Part shown: piece after piece, positions 13,801 through 28,800 of the stretch
Numbering within the stretch: position 1 is the stretch's first letter
Layout of the letters: every line of letters starts with the position of its first letter
NCBI GenBank assembly: GCA_964016885.1
Contig: OZ024760.1
Coordinates: 34,596,001 to 34,660,000 of the forward strand
Direction of reading: 5' to 3'
Length of the DNA stretch: 64,000 nucleotides
DNA from: Eledone cirrhosa
Lineage: Eukaryota
Notes under the pieces: generated by a model
What the model was told of the DNA's origin: nothing
The model's input: the letters and a program-made list of their open reading frames with translations, nothing else
The model's database searches: none
Made by a program: the position numbers and the translations under genes

Positions 13801-16800
13801 CAGGGGTGGGGTACCTCTCAACATTCCAGGTAGCTTCTCATTAAGATTTGATGCTCAGTGGTGGGGTACCTCTCAACATTCCAGATAGCCTGTCACTAAG
13901 ATTTGGTGCTCAGGGGTGGGGTACCTCTCGACATTCCAGGTAGCTTGTCATTAAGATTTGGTGCTCAGGGGTGGGGTACCTCTCGACATTCCAGGTAGCC
14001 TGTCACTAAGATTTGGTGCTCAGGGGTGGGGTACCTCTCAACATTCCAGGTAGCCTGTCATAAAGATTTGGTGCTCAGGGGTGGGGTACCTCTCGACATT
14101 CCAGGTAGCCTGTCACTAAGATTTGGTGCTCAGGGGTGGGGTACCTCAACATTCCAGGTAGCCTGTCATAAAGATTTGGTGCTCAGGGGTGGGGTATCTC
14201 TCAACATTCCAGGTAGCTTGTCATTTTTTGTGCTCAGGGGTGGGGTACCTGTCGACATTCCCGGTAGCCTGTCACTAAGATTTGGTGCTCAGGAGTGGGG
14301 TACCTCTCGACATTCCAGGTAGCCTGTCAGTAAGATTTGGTGCTCAGGGGTGGGGTACCTCTCAAAATTCCAGGTAGCCTGTCATAAAGATTTGGTGCTC
14401 AGGGGTGGGGTACCTCTCAACATTCCAGGTAGCTTGTCGTTTTTTGTGCTCAGGGGTGGGGTACCTCTCAACATTCCAGGTAGCTTGTCATTAAGTTTTG
14501 GTGCTCAGGAGTGGGGTACCTCTCGACATTCCAGGTAGCCTGTCACTAAGATTGGGTGCTCAGGTGTGGGGTACCTCTCAACATTCCAGGTAGCCTGTCA
14601 TAAAGATTTGGTGCTCAGGGGTGGGGTACCTCTCAACATTCCAGGTAGCCTGTCACTAAGATTTGGTGCTCAGGTGTGGGGTACCTCTCAACATTCCAGG
14701 TAGCCTGTCACTAAGATTTGGTGCTCAGGGGTGGGGTGCCTCTCAACATTCCAGGTACCCTGTCTCTAAGATTTGGTGCTCAGGGGTGGGGTACCTCTCA
14801 ACATTCCAGGTAGCCTGTCACTAAGATTTGGTGCTCAGGGGTGGGGTGCCTCTCAACATTCCAGGTAGCTTGTCATTTTTTGTGCTCAGTGTTGGGGTAC
14901 CTTTCAACATTCCAGGTAGCTTGTCATTAAGATTTGGTGCTCAGGGGTGGGGTACCTCTCAACATTCCATGTAGCCTGTCATTAAGATTTGGTGCTCAGG
15001 AGTGGGGTACCTCTCAACATTCCAGGTAGCTTGTCATTAAGTTTTGGTGCTCAGGGGTGGGGTACCTCTCAACATTCCAGGTAGCTTGTCATTAAGATTT
15101 GATGCTCAGGGGTGGGGTACCTCTCAACATTCCAGGTAGCTTGTCATTAAGATTTGGTGCTCAGGGGTGGGGTACCTCTCGACATTCCAGGTAGCCTGTC
15201 ATTAAGATTTGGTGCTCAGGGGTGGGGTACCTCTCAACATTCCAGGTAGCCTGTCACTAAGATTTGGTGCTCAGGGGTGGGGTACCTCTCAACATTCCAG
15301 GTAGCCTGTCATTAAGATTTGATGCTCAGGGGTGGGGTACCTCTCGACATTCCAGGTAGCCTGTCACTAAGATTTGGTGCTCAGGTGTGGGGTACCTCTC
15401 AACATTCCAGGTAGCTTGTCATTAAGATTTGGTGCTCAGGGGTGGGTTACCTCTCAACATTCCAGGTAGCTTGTCATTAAGATTTGGTGCTCAGGGGTGG
15501 GGTACCTCTCAACATTCCAGGTAGCCTGTCACTAAGATTTGGTGCTCAGGGGTGGGGGTACCTCTCGACATTCCAGGTACCCTGTCTCTAAGATTTGGTG
15601 CTCAGGGGTGGGGTACCTCTCAACATTCCAGGTAGCCTGTCACTAAGATTTGGTGCTCAGGGGTGGGGTACCTCTCGACATTCCAGGTAGCTTGTCATTA
15701 AGATTTGGTGCTCAGGGGTGGGGTACCTCTTGACATTCCAGGAAGCCTGTCACTAAGATTTGGTGCTCAGGGGTGGGGTACCTCTCGACATTCCAGGTAG
15801 CTTGTCGTTTTTTGTGCTCAGGGGTGGGTACCTCTCAACATTCCAGGTAGCTTGTCATTAAGATTTGGTGCTCAGGGGTGGGGTACCTCTTGACATTCCA
15901 GGTAGCCTGTCACTAAGATTTGGTGCTCAGGGGTGGGGTACCTCTCGACATTCCAGGTAGCTTGTCGTTTTTTGTGCTCAGGGGTGGGTACCTCTCAACA
16001 TTCCAGGTAGCTTGTCATTAAGATTTGGTGCTCAAGGGTGGGATACCTCTTAAGATTCCAGGTAGCTTGTCTTTTTTTGTGCTCAGGGGTGGGGTATCTC
16101 TCAACATTCCAGGTAGCTTGTCATTAAGATTTGGTGCTCAGGGGTGGGGTACCTCTCAACATTCCAGGTAGCCTGTCACTAAGATTTGGTGCTCGGGAGT
16201 GGGGTACCTCTCGACATTCCAGGTAGCCTGTCACTAAGATTTGGTGCTCAGGGGTGGGGTACCTCTCAACATTCCAGGTAGCCTGTATATAAGATTTGGT
16301 GCTCAGGGGTGGGATACCTCTCAACATTCCAGGTAGCCTGTCACTAAGATTTGGTGCTCAGAGGTGGGGTACCTCTCAACATTCCAGGTAGCCTGTCACT
16401 AAGATTTGGTGCTCAGGGGTAGGGTATCTCTCAACATTCCAGGTAGCCTGTCATTAAGATTTGATGCTCAGGGGTGGGGTACCTTTCAACATTCCAGGTA
16501 GCCTGTCACTAAGACTTGATGCTCAGGGGTGGGGTACCGCTCAACATTCCAGGTAGCCTGTCGCTAAGATTTGGTGCTCAGGGGTGGGGTACCTCTCGAC
16601 ATTCCAGGTAGCCTGCCTCTAAGATTTGGTGCTCAGGGGTGGGGTACCTCTCGACATTCCAGGTAGCTTGTCATTTTTTGTGCTCAGGGGTGGGGTACCT
16701 CTCGACATTCCCGGTAGCCTGTCACTAAGATTTGGTGCTCAGGGGTGGGGTACCTCTCAACATTCCAGGTAGCTTGTCATTAAGATTTGGTGCTCAGGGG

Positions 16801-19800
16801 TGGGGTACCTCTCGACATTCCAGGTAGCCTGTCACCAAGATTTGGTGCTCAGGGGTGGGGTACCTCTCAACATTCCAGGTAGCTTGTCATTTTTTGTGCT
16901 CAGGGGTGGGGTACCTCTCAACATTCCAGGTAGCCTGTCACTAAGATTTGGTGCTCAGGGGTGGGGGTACCTCTCGACATTCCAGGTAGCCTGTCACTAA
17001 GATTTGGTGGTCAGAGGTGGGGTACCTCTCGACATTCCAGGTAGCCTGCCTCTAAGATTTGGTGCTCAGGGGTGGGGTACCTCTCGACATTCCAGGTAGC
17101 TGGTCATTTTTTTGTGCTCCGGGGTGGGGTACCTCTCGACATTTCAGGTAGCTTGTCATTAAGATTTGGTGCTCAGGGGTGGGGTACCTCTCGACATTCC
17201 AGGTAGCCTGTCACTAAGATTCGGTGCTCAGGGGTGGGGTACCTCTCAACATTCCAGGTAGCTTGTCATTTTTTGTGCTCAGGGGTGGGGTACCTCTCAA
17301 CATTCCAGGTAGCTTGTCATTGATTTGGTGCTCAGGGTTAGGGTACCTCTCAATATTCCAGGTAGCTTATCGTTTTTTGTACTCAGGGGTGGGGTACCTC
17401 TCAACATTCCAGGTAGCCTGTCACTAAGATTGGGTGCTCAGGGGTGCGGTACCTCTCAACATTCCAGGTAGCCTGTCAAAGATTTGGTGCTCAGGGATGG
17501 GGTACCTCTCAACATTCCAGGTAGCTTGTCATTGATTTGGTGCTCAGGGTTAGGGTACCTCTCAATATTCCAGGTAGCTTATCGTTTTTTGTACTCAGGG
17601 GTGGGGTACCTCTCAACATTCCAGGTAGCCTGTCACTAAGATTGGGTGCTCAGGGGTGCGGTACCTCTCAACATTCCAGGTAGCCTGTCAAAGATTTGGT
17701 GCTCAGGGATGGGGTACCTCTCAACATTCCAGGTAGCTTGTCATTGATTTGGTGCTCAGGGTTAGGGTACCTCTCAATATTCCAGGTAGCTTGTCGTTTT
17801 TTGTGCTCAGGGGTGGGTACCTCTCAACATTCCAGGTAGCTTGTCATTAAGATTTGGTGCTCAGGGGTGGGGTACCTCTTGACATTCCAGGTAGCCTGTC
17901 ACTAAGATTTGGTGCTCAGGGGTGGGGTACCTCTCGACATTCCAGGTAGCTTGTCGTTTTTTGTGCTCAGGGGTGGGTACCTCTCAACATTCCAGGTAGC
18001 TTGTCATTAAGATTTGGTGCTCAAGGGTGGGATACCTCTTAAGATTCCAGGTAGCTTGTCTTTTTTTGTGCTCAGGGGTGGGGTATCTCTCAACATTCCA
18101 GGTAGCTTGTCATTAAGATTTGGTGCTCAGGGGTGGGGTACCTCTCAACATTCCAGGTAGCCTGTCACTAAGATTTGGTGCTCGGGAGTGGGGTACCTCT
18201 CGACATTCCAGGTAGCCTGTCACTAAGATTTGGTGCTCAGGGGTGGGGTACCTCTCAACATTCCAGGTAGCCTGTATATAAGATTTGGTGCTCAGGGGTG
18301 GGATACCTCTCAACATTCCAGGTAGCCTGTCACTAAGATTTGGTGCTCAGAGGTGGGGTACCTCTCAACATTCCAGGTAGCCTGTCACTAAGATTTGGTG
18401 CTCAGGGGTAGGGTATCTCTCAACATTCCAGGTAGCCTGTCATTAAGATTTGATGCTCAGGGGTGGGGTACCTTTCAACATTCCAGGTAGCCTGTCACTA
18501 AGACTTGATGCTCAGGGGTGGGGTACCGCTCAACATTCCAGGTAGCCTGTCGCTAAGATTTGGTGCTCAGGGGTGGGGTACCTCTCGACATTCCAGGTAG
18601 CCTGCCTCTAAGATTTGGTGCTCAGGGGTGGGGTACCTCTCGACATTCCAGGTAGCTTGTCATTTTTTGTGCTCAGGGGTGGGGTACCTCTCGACATTCC
18701 CGGTAGCCTGTCACTAAGATTTGGTGCTCAGGGGTGGGGTACCTCTCAACATTCCAGGTAGCTTGTCATTAAGATTTGGTGCTCAGGGGTGGGGTACCTC
18801 TCGACATTCCAGGTAGCCTGTCACCAAGATTTGGTGCTCAGGGGTGGGGTACCTCTCAACATTCCAGGTAGCTTGTCATTTTTTGTGCTCAGGGGTGGGG
18901 TACCTCTCAACATTCCAGGTAGCCTGTCACTAAGATTTGGTGCTCAGGGGTGGGGGTACCTCTCGACATTCCAGGTAGCCTGTCACTAAGATTTGGTGGT
19001 CAGAGGTGGGGTACCTCTCGACATTCCAGGTAGCCTGCCTCTAAGATTTGGTGCTCAGGGGTGGGGTACCTCTCGACATTCCAGGTAGCTGGTCATTTTT
19101 TTGTGCTCCGGGGTGGGGTACCTCTCGACATTTCAGGTAGCTTGTCATTAAGATTTGGTGCTCAGGGGTGGGGTACCTCTCGACATTCCAGGTAGCCTGT
19201 CACTAAGATTCGGTGCTCAGGGGTGGGGTACCTCTCAACATTCCAGGTAGCTTGTCATTTTTTGTGCTCAGGGGTGGGGTACCTCTCAACATTCCAGGTA
19301 GCTTGTCATTGATTTGGTGCTCAGGGTTAGGGTACCTCTCAATATTCCAGGTAGCTTATCGTTTTTTGTACTCAGGGGTGGGGTACCTCTCAACATTCCA
19401 GGTAGCCTGTCACTAAGATTGGGTGCTCAGGGGTGCGGTACCTCTCAACATTCCAGGTAGCCTGTCAAAGATTTGGTGCTCAGGGATGGGGTACCTCTCA
19501 ACATTCCAGGTAGCCTGTCACTAAGATTTGGTGCTCAGGTGTTGGGTACCTCTCAACATTCCAGGTAGCCTGTCACTAAGATTTGGTGCTCAGGGGTGGG
19601 GTGCCTCTCAACATTCCAGGTAGCTTGTCATTTTTTGTGCTCAGTGTTGGGGTACCTCTCAACATTCCAGGTAGCTTGTCATTAAGATTTGGTGCTCAGG
19701 GTTGGGGTACCTCTCAACATTCCATGTAGCCTGTCATTAAGATTTGGTGCTCAGGAGTGGGGTACCTCTCAACATTCCAGGTAGCTTGTCATTAAGTTTT

Positions 19801-22800
19801 GGTGCTCAGGGGTGGGGTACCTCTCAACATTCCAGGTAGCTTGTCATTAAGATTTGATGCTCAGGGGTGGGGTACCTCTCAACATTCCAGGTAGCTTGTC
19901 ATTAAGATTTGGTGCTCAGGGGTGGGGTACCTCTCGACATTCCAGGTAGCCTGTCATTAAGATTTGGTGCTCAGGGGTGGGGTACCTCTCAACATTCCAG
20001 GTAGCCTGTCACTAAGATTTGGTGCTCAGGGGTGGGGTACCTCTCAACATTCCAGGTAGCCTGTCATTAAGATTTGATGCTCAGGGGTGGGGTACCTCTC
20101 GACATTCCAGGTAGCCTGTCACTAAGATTTGGTGCTCAGGGGTGGGGTACCTCTCAACATTCCAGGTAGCTTGTCATTAAGATTTGGTGCTCAGGGGTGG
20201 GGTACCTCTCAACATTCCAGGTAGCCTGTCACTAAGATTTGGTGCTCAAGGGTGGGGTACCTCTCGACATTCCAGGTAGCCTGCCTCTAAGATTTGGTGC
20301 TCAGGGGTGGGGTACCTCTCGACATTCCAGGTAGCTTGTCATTTTTTGTGCTCAGGGGTGGGGTACCTCTCAACATTCCAGGTAGCTTGTCATTAAGATT
20401 TGGTGCTCAGGGGTGGGGTACCTCTTGACATTCCAGGTAGCCTGTCACTAAGATTTGGTGCTCAGGGGTGGGGTACCTCTCGACATTCCAGGTAGCTTGT
20501 CGTTTTTTGTGCTCAGGGGTGGGGTACCTCTCAACATTCCAGGTAGCTTGTCATTAAGATTTGGTGCTCAGGGGTGGGGTACCTCTCAAGATTCCAGGTA
20601 GCTTGTCATTTTTTGTGCTCAGGGGTGGGGTATCTCTCAACATTCCAGGTAGCTTGTCACTAAGATTTGGTGCTCAGGGGTGGGGTACCTCTCAACATTC
20701 CAGGTAGCCTGTATATAAGATTTGGTGCTCAGGGGTGGGGTACCTCTCGACATTCCAGGTAGCCTGTCACTAAGATTTGGTGCTCGGGAGTGGGGTAGCT
20801 CTCGACATTCCAGGTAGCCTGTCACTAAGATTTGGTGCTCAGGGGTGGGGTACCTCTCAACATTCCAGGTAGCCTGTATATAAGATTTGGTGCTCAGGGG
20901 TGGGGTACCTCTCAACATTCCAGGTAGCCTGTCACTAAGATTTGGTGCTCAGGGGTGGGGTACCTCTCAACATTCCAGGTAGCCTGTCACTAAGATTTGG
21001 TGCCCAGGGGTGGGGTACCTCTCAACATTCCAGGTAGCCTGTCATTAAGATTTGATACTCAGGGGTGGGGTACCTCTCAACATTCCAGGTAGCCTGTCAC
21101 TAAGATTTGGTGCTCAAGGGTGGGGTACCTCTCGACATTCCAGGTAGCCTGCCTCTAAGATTTGGTGCTCAGGGGTGGGGTACCTCTCGACATTCCAGGT
21201 AGCTTGTCATTTTTTGTGCTCAGGGGTGGGGTACCTCTTGACATTCCAGGTAGCCTGTCACTAAGATTTGGTGCTCAGGGGTGGGGTACCTGTCGACATT
21301 CCAGGTAGCTTGTCGTTTTTTGTGCTCAGGGGTGGGGTACCTCTCAACATTCCAGGTAGCTTGTCATTAAGATTTGGTGCTCAGGGGTGGGGTACCTGTC
21401 AAGATTCCAGGTAGCTTGTCATTTTTTGTGCTCAGGGGTGTGGTATCTCTCAACATTCCAGGTAGCTTGTCATTAAGATTTGGTGCTCAGGGGTGGGGTA
21501 CCTCTCGACATTCCAGGTAGCCTGTCACTAAGATTTGGTGCTCGGGAGTGGGGTACCTCTCGACATTCCAGGTAGCCTGTCACTAAGATTTGGTGCTCAG
21601 GGGTGGGGTACCTCTCAACATTCCAGGTAGCCTGTATATAAGATTTGGTGCTCAGGGGTGGGGTACCTCTCAACATTCCAGGTAGCCTGTCACTAAGATT
21701 TGGTGCTCAGGGGTGGGGTACCTCTCAACATTCCAGGTAGCCTGTCACTAAGATTTGGTGCTCAGGGGTGGGGTACCTCTCAACATTCCAGGTAGCCTGT
21801 CATTAAGATTTGATACTCAGGGGTGGGGTACCTCTCAACATTCCAGGTAGCCTGTCACTAAGCCTTGATGCTCAGGGGTGGGGTACCGCTCAACATTCCA
21901 GGTAGCCTGTCACTAAGATTTGGTGCTCAGGGGTGGGGTACCTCTCGACATTCCAGGTAGCCTGCCTCTAAGATTTGGTGCTCAGGGGTGGGGTACCTCT
22001 CGACATTCCAGGTAGCCTGTCTCCAAGATTTGGTGCTCAGGGGTGGGGTACCTCTCAACATTCCAGGTAGCTTGTCATTTTTTGTGCTCAGGGGTGGGGT
22101 ACCTCTCAACATTCCCGGTAGCCTGTCATTAAGATTTGGTGCTCAGGGGTGGGGTACCTCTCAACATTCCAGGTAGCCTGTCACTAAGATTTGGTGCTCA
22201 GGGGTGGGGGTACCTCTCGACATTCCAGGTAGCTTGTCTCTAAGATTTGGTGCTCAGGGGTGGGGTACCGCTCAACATTCCAGGTAGCCTGTCACTAAGA
22301 TTTGGTGCTCAGGGGTGGGGTACCTCTCGACATTCCAGGTAGCCTGCCTCTAACATTTGGTGCTCAGGGGTGGGGTACCTCTCGACATTCCAGGTAGCCT
22401 GTCACTAAGATTCGGTGCTCAGGGGTGGAGTACCTCTCAACATTCCAGGTAGCTTGTCATTTTTTGTGCTCAGGGGTGGGGTACCTCTCAACATTCCCGG
22501 TAGCCTGTCACTAAGATTTGGTGCTCAGGAGTGGGGTACCTCTCGACATTCCAGGTAGCCTGTCACTAAGATTTGGTGCTCAGGGGTGGGGTACCTCTCA
22601 ACATTCCAGGTAGCCTGTCATAAAGATTTGGTGCGCAGGGGTGGGGGACCTCTCAACATTCCAGGTAGCTTGTCGTTTTTTGTGCTCAGGGGTGGGGTAC
22701 CTCTCAACATTCCAGGTAGCTTGTCATTAAGATTTGGTGCTCAGGGGTGGGGTACCTCTCAACATTCCAGGTAGCCTGTCACTAAGATTGGGTGCTCAGG

Positions 22801-25800
22801 GGTGGGGTACCTCTCAACATTCCAGGTAGCCTGTCAAAGATTTGGTGCTCAGGGGTGGGGTACCTCTCAACATTCCAGGTAGCCTGTCACTAATATTTGG
22901 TGCTCAGGTGTGGGGTACCTCTCAACATTCCAGATAGCCTGTCACTAAGATTTGGTGCTCAGGGGTGGGTGCCTCTCAACATTCCAGGTAGCCTGTCACT
23001 AAGATTTGGTGCTCAGGGGTGGGGGTACCTCTCGACATTCCAGGTAGCCTGTCACTAAGATTTGGTGCTCAGGGGTGGGGTACCTCTCGACATTCCAGGT
23101 AGCCTGCCTCTAAGATTTGGTGCTCAGGGGTGGGGTACCTCTCGACATTCCAGGTAGCTGGTCATTTTTTTGTGCTCCGGGGTGGGGTACCTCTCAACAT
23201 TCCAGGTAGCTTGTCATTAAGATTTGGTGCTCAGGGGTGGGGTACCTCTCGACATTCCAGGTAGCCTGTCACTAAGATTTGGTGCTCAGGGGTGGGGTAC
23301 CTCTCAACATTCCAGGTAGCTTGTCATTTTTTGTGCTCAGGGGTGGGGTACCTCTCGACATTCCCGGTAGCCTGTCACTAAGATTTGGTGCTCAGAAGTG
23401 GGGTACCTCTCGACATTCCAGGTAGCCTGTCACTAAGATTTGGTGCTCAGGGGTGGGGTACCTCTCAACATTCCAGGTAGCCTGTCACTAAGATTTGGTG
23501 CTCAGGGGTGGGGTACCTCTCAACATTCCAGGTAGCCTGTCATAAAGATTTGGTGCTCAGGGGTGGGGTACCTCTCAACATTCCAGGTAGCTTGTCGTTT
23601 TTTGTGCTCAGGGGTGGGGTACCTCTCAACATTCCAGGTAGCTTGTCATTAAGATTTGGTGCTCAGGGGTGGGGTACCTCTCGACATTCCAGGTAGCTTG
23701 TCATTAAGATTTGGTGCTCAGGGGTGGGGTACCTCTCAACATTCCAGGTAGCCTGTCACTAAGATTGGGTGCTCAGGGGTGGGGTACCTCTCAACATTCC
23801 AGGTAGCCTGTCACTAAGATTTGGTGCTCAGGGGTGGGGTGCCTCTCAACATTCCAGGTAGCTTGTCATTAAGCTTTGGTGCTCAGGGGTGGGGTACCTC
23901 TCAACATTCCAGGTAGCTTGTCGTTTTTTGTGCTCAGGGGTGGGGTACCTCTCAACATTCCAGGTAGCCTGTCACTAAGATTGGGTGCTCAGGGGTGCGG
24001 TACCTCTCAACATTCCAGGTAGCCTGTCAAAGATTTGGTGCTCAGGGGTGGGGTACCTCTCAACATTCCAGGTAGCCTGTCACTAAGATTTGGTGCTCAG
24101 GTGTGGGGTACCTCTCAACATTCCAGGTAGCCTGTCACTAAGATTTGGTGGTCAGGGGTGGGGTGCCTCTCAACATTCCAGGTAGCTTGTCATTTTTTGT
24201 GCTCAGTGTTGGGGTCCCTCTCAACATTCCAGGTAGCCTGTCATTAAGATTTGGTGCTCAGGAGTGGGGTACCTCTCGACACTCCAGGTAGCCTGTCACT
24301 AAGATTTGGTGCTCAGGGGTGGGATACCTCTCAACATTCCAGGTAGCCTGTCACTAAGATTTGGTGCTCAGGGGTGGGGTACCTCTCAACATTCCAGGTA
24401 GCCTGTCATTACGATTTGATGCTCAGGGGTGGGGTACCTCTCGACATTCCAGGTAGCCTGTCACTAAGATTTGGTGCTCAGGGGTGGGTTACCTCTCAAC
24501 ATTCCAGGTAGCTTGTCATTAAGATTTGGTGCTCAGGGGTGGGGTACCTCTCAACATTCCAGGTACCCTGTCTCTAAGATTTGGTGCTCAGGGGTGGGGT
24601 ACCTCTCAACATTCCAGGTAGCCTGTCACTAAGATTTGGTGCTCAGGGGTGGGGTACCTCTCGACATTCCAGGTAGCCTGCCTCTAAGATTTGGTGCTCA
24701 GGGGTGGGGTACCTCTCGACATTCCAGGTAGCTTGTCATTTTTTGTGCTCAGGGGTGGGGTACCTCTCAACATTCCAGGTAGCTTGTCATTAAGATTTGG
24801 TGCTCAGGGGTGGGGTACCTCTCAACATTCCAGGTAGCTTGTCATTTTTTGTGCTCAGGGGTGGGGTACCTCTCAACATTCCAGGTAGCTTGTCATTAAG
24901 ATTTGGTGCTCAGGGGTGGGGTACCTCTCGACATTCCAGGTAGCCTGTCACTAAGATTTGGTGCTCGGGAGTGGGGTACCTCTCGACATTCCAGGTAGCC
25001 TGTCACTAAGATTTGGTGCTCAGGGGTGGGGTACCTCTCAACATTCCAGGTAGCCTGTATATAAGATTTGGTGCTCAGGGGTGGGGTACCTCTCAACATT
25101 CCAGGTAGCCTGTCACTAAGATTTGGTGCTCAGGGGTGGGGTACCTCTCAACATTCCAGGTAGCCTGTCACTAAGATTTGGTGCTCAGGGGTGGGGTACC
25201 TCTCAACATTCCAGGTAGCCTGTCATTAAGATTTGATACTCAGGGGTGGGGTACCTCTCAACATTCCAGGTAGCCTGTCACTAAGACTTGATGCTCAGAG
25301 GTGGGGTACCGCTCAACATTCCAGGTAGCCCGTCACTAAGATTTGGTGCTCAGGGGTGGGGTACCTCTCGACATTCCAGGTAGCCTGCCTCTAAGATTTG
25401 GTGCTCAGGGGTGGGGTACCTCTCGACATTCCAGGTAGCTTGTCATTGTTTGTGCTCAGGGGTGGGTTACCTCTCAACATTCCAGGTAGCTTGTCATTAA
25501 GATTTGGTGCTCAGGGGTGGGGTACCTCTCGACATTCCAGGTAGCCTGTCACCAAGATTTGGTGCTCAGGGGTGGGGTACCTCTCAACATTCCAGGTAGC
25601 TTGTCATTTTTTGTGCTCAGGGGTGGGGTACCTCTCAACATTCCCGGTAGCCTGTCATTAAGATTTGGTGCTCAGGGGTGGGGTACCTCTCAACATTCCA
25701 GGTAGCCTGTCACTAAGATTTGGTGCTCAGGGGTGGGGGTACCTCTCGACATTCCAGGTAGCTTGTCTCTAAGATTTGGTGCTCAGGGGTGGGGTACCGC

Positions 25801-28800
25801 TCAACATTCCAGGTAGCTTGTCATTTTTTGTGCTCAGGGGTGGGGTACCTCTCGACATTACCGGTAGCCTGTCACTAAGATTTGGTGCTCAGGAGTGGGG
25901 TACCTCTCGACGTTCCAGGTAGCCTGTCACTAAGATTTGGTGCTCAGGGGTGGGGTACCTCTCAACATTCCAGGTAGCCTGTCACTAAGATTTGGTGCTC
26001 AGGGGTGGGGTACCTCTCAACATTCCAGGTAGCTTGTCGTTTTTTGTGCCCAGGGGTGGGGTACCTCTCAACATTCCAGGTAGCTTGTCATTAAGATTTG
26101 GTGCTCAGGGGTGGGGTACCTCTCAACATTCCAGGTAACCTGTCACTAAGATTTGGTGCTCAGGTGTGGGGTACCTCTCAACATTCCAGGTAGCCTGTCA
26201 CTAAGATTTGGTGCTCAGGGGTGGGGTGCCTCTCAACATTCCAGGTAGCCTGTCACTAAGATTTGGTGCTCAGGGGTGGGGGTACCTCTCGACATTCCAG
26301 GTAGCCTGTCACTAAGATTTGGTGCTCAGGGGTGGGGTACCTCTCGACATTCCAGGTAGCCTGCCTCTAAGATTTGGTGCTCAGGGGTGGGGTACCTCTC
26401 GACATTCCAGGTAGCTTGTCATTAAGATTTGGTGCTCAGGGGTGGGGTACCTCTCAACATTCCAGGTAGCCTGTCACTAAGATTGGGTGCTCAGGGGTGG
26501 GGTACCTCTCAACATTCCAGGTAGCCTGTCATAAAGATTTGGTGCTCAGGGGTGGGGTACCTCTCAACATTCCAGGTAGCTTGTCATTTTTTGTGCTCGG
26601 GGGTGGGGTACCTCTCAACATTCCAGGTAGCTTGTCGTTTTTTGTGCTCAGGGGTGGGGTACCTCTCAACATTCCAGGTAGCTTGTCGTTTTTTGTGCTC
26701 AGGGGTGGGGTACCTCTCAACATTCCAGGTAGCCTGTCACTAAGATTGGGTGCTCAGGGGTGCGGTACCTCTCAACATTCCAGGTAGCCTGTCAAAGATT
26801 TGGTGCTCAGGGGTGGGGTACCTCTCAACATTCCAGGTAGCCTGTCACTAAGATTTGGTGCTCAGGTGTGGGGTACCTCTCAACATTCCAGGTAGCCTGT
26901 CACTAAGATTTGGTGCTCAGGGGCGGGGTGCCTCTCAACATTCCAGCTAGCTTGTCATTTTTTGTGCTCAGTGTTGGGGTACCTCTCAACATTCCAGGTA
27001 GCTTGTCATTAAGATTTGGTGCTCAGGGTTGGGGTACCTCTCAACATTCCATGTAGCCTGTCATTAAGATTTGGTGCTCAGGAGTGGGGTACCTCTCAAC
27101 ACTCCAGGTAGCTTGTCATTAAGTTTTGGTGCTCAGGGGTGGGGTACCTCTCAACATTCCAGGTAGCTTGTCATTAAGATTTGATGCTCAGGGGTGGGGT
27201 ACCTCTCGACATTCCAGGTAGCCTGTCACTAAGATTTGGTGCTCAGGGGTAGGGTACCTCTCAACATTCCAGGTAGCTTGTCATTAAGATTTGGTGCTCA
27301 GGGGTGGGTTACCTCTCAACATTCCAGGTAGCTTGTCACTAAGATTTGGTGCTCAGGGGTGGGGTACCTCTCAACATTCCAGGTAGCCTGTCACTAAGAT
27401 TTGGTGCTCAGGGGTGGGGGTACCTCTCGACATTCCAGGTACCCTGTCTCTAAGATTTGGTGCTCAGGGGTGGGGTACCTCTCAACATTCCAGGTAGCCT
27501 GTCACTAAGATTTGGTGCTCAGGGGTGGGGTACCTCTCGACGTTCCAGGTAGCCTGCCTCTAAGATTTGGTGCTCAGGGGTGGGGTACCTCTCGACATTC
27601 CAGGTAGCTTGTCATTTTTTGTGCTCAGGGGTGGGGTACCTCTCAACATTCCAGGTAGCTTGTCATTAAGATTTGGTGCTCAGGGGTGGGGTACCTCTTG
27701 ACATTCCAGGTAGCCTGTCACTAAGATTTGGTGCTCAGGTGTGGGGTACCTCTCAACATTCCAGGTAGCCTGTCACTAAGATTTGGTGCTCAGGGGTGGG
27801 GTGCCTCTCAACATTCCAGGTAGCCTGTCACTAAGATTTGGTGCTCAGGGGTGGGGGTACCTCTCGACATTCCAGGTAGCCTGTCACTAAGATTTGGTGC
27901 TCAGGGGTGGGGTACCTCTCGACATTCCAGGTAGCCTGCCTCTAAGATTTGGTGCTCAGGGGTGGGGTACCTCTCGACATTCCAGGTAGCTGGTCATTTT
28001 TTTGTGCTCCGGGGTGGGGTACCTCTCGACATTCCAGGTAGCTGGTCATTTTTTTGTGCTCCGGGGTGGGGTACCTCTCAACATTCCAGGTAGCTTGTCA
28101 TTAAGATTTGGTGCTCAGGGGTGGGGTACCTCTCGACATTCCAGGTAGCCTGTCACTAAGATTTGGTGCTCAGGGGTGGGGTACCTCTCAACATTCCAGG
28201 TAGCTTGTCATTTTTTGTGCTCAGGGGTGGGGTACCTCTCGACATTCCCGGTAGCCTGTCACTAAGATTTGGTGCTCAGAAGTGGGGTACCTCTCGACAT
28301 TCCAGGTAGCCTGCCACTAAGATTTGGTGCTCTTGGGTGGGGTACCTCTCAACATTCCAGGTAGCCTGTCATAAAGATTTGGTGCTCAGGGGTGGGGTAC
28401 CTCTCAACATTCCAGGTAGCCTGTCATAAAGATTTGGTGCTCAGGGGTGGGGTACCTCTCAACATTCCAGGTAGTTTGTCGTTTTTTGTGCTCAGGGGTG
28501 GGGTACCTCTCAACATTCCAGGTAGCTTGTCATTAAGATTTGGTGCTCAGGGGTGGGGTACCTCTCGACATTCCAGGTAGCTTGTCATTAAGATTTGGTG
28601 CTCAGGGGTGGGGTACCTCTCAACATTCCAGGTAGCCTGTCACTAAGATTGGGTGCTCAGGGGTGGGGTACCTCTCAACATTCCAGGTAGCCTGTCAAAG
28701 ATTTGGTGCTCAGGGGTGGGGTACCTCTCAACATTCCAGGTAGCCTGTCACTAAGATTTGGTACTCAGGTGTGGGGTACCTCTCAACATTCCAGGTAGCC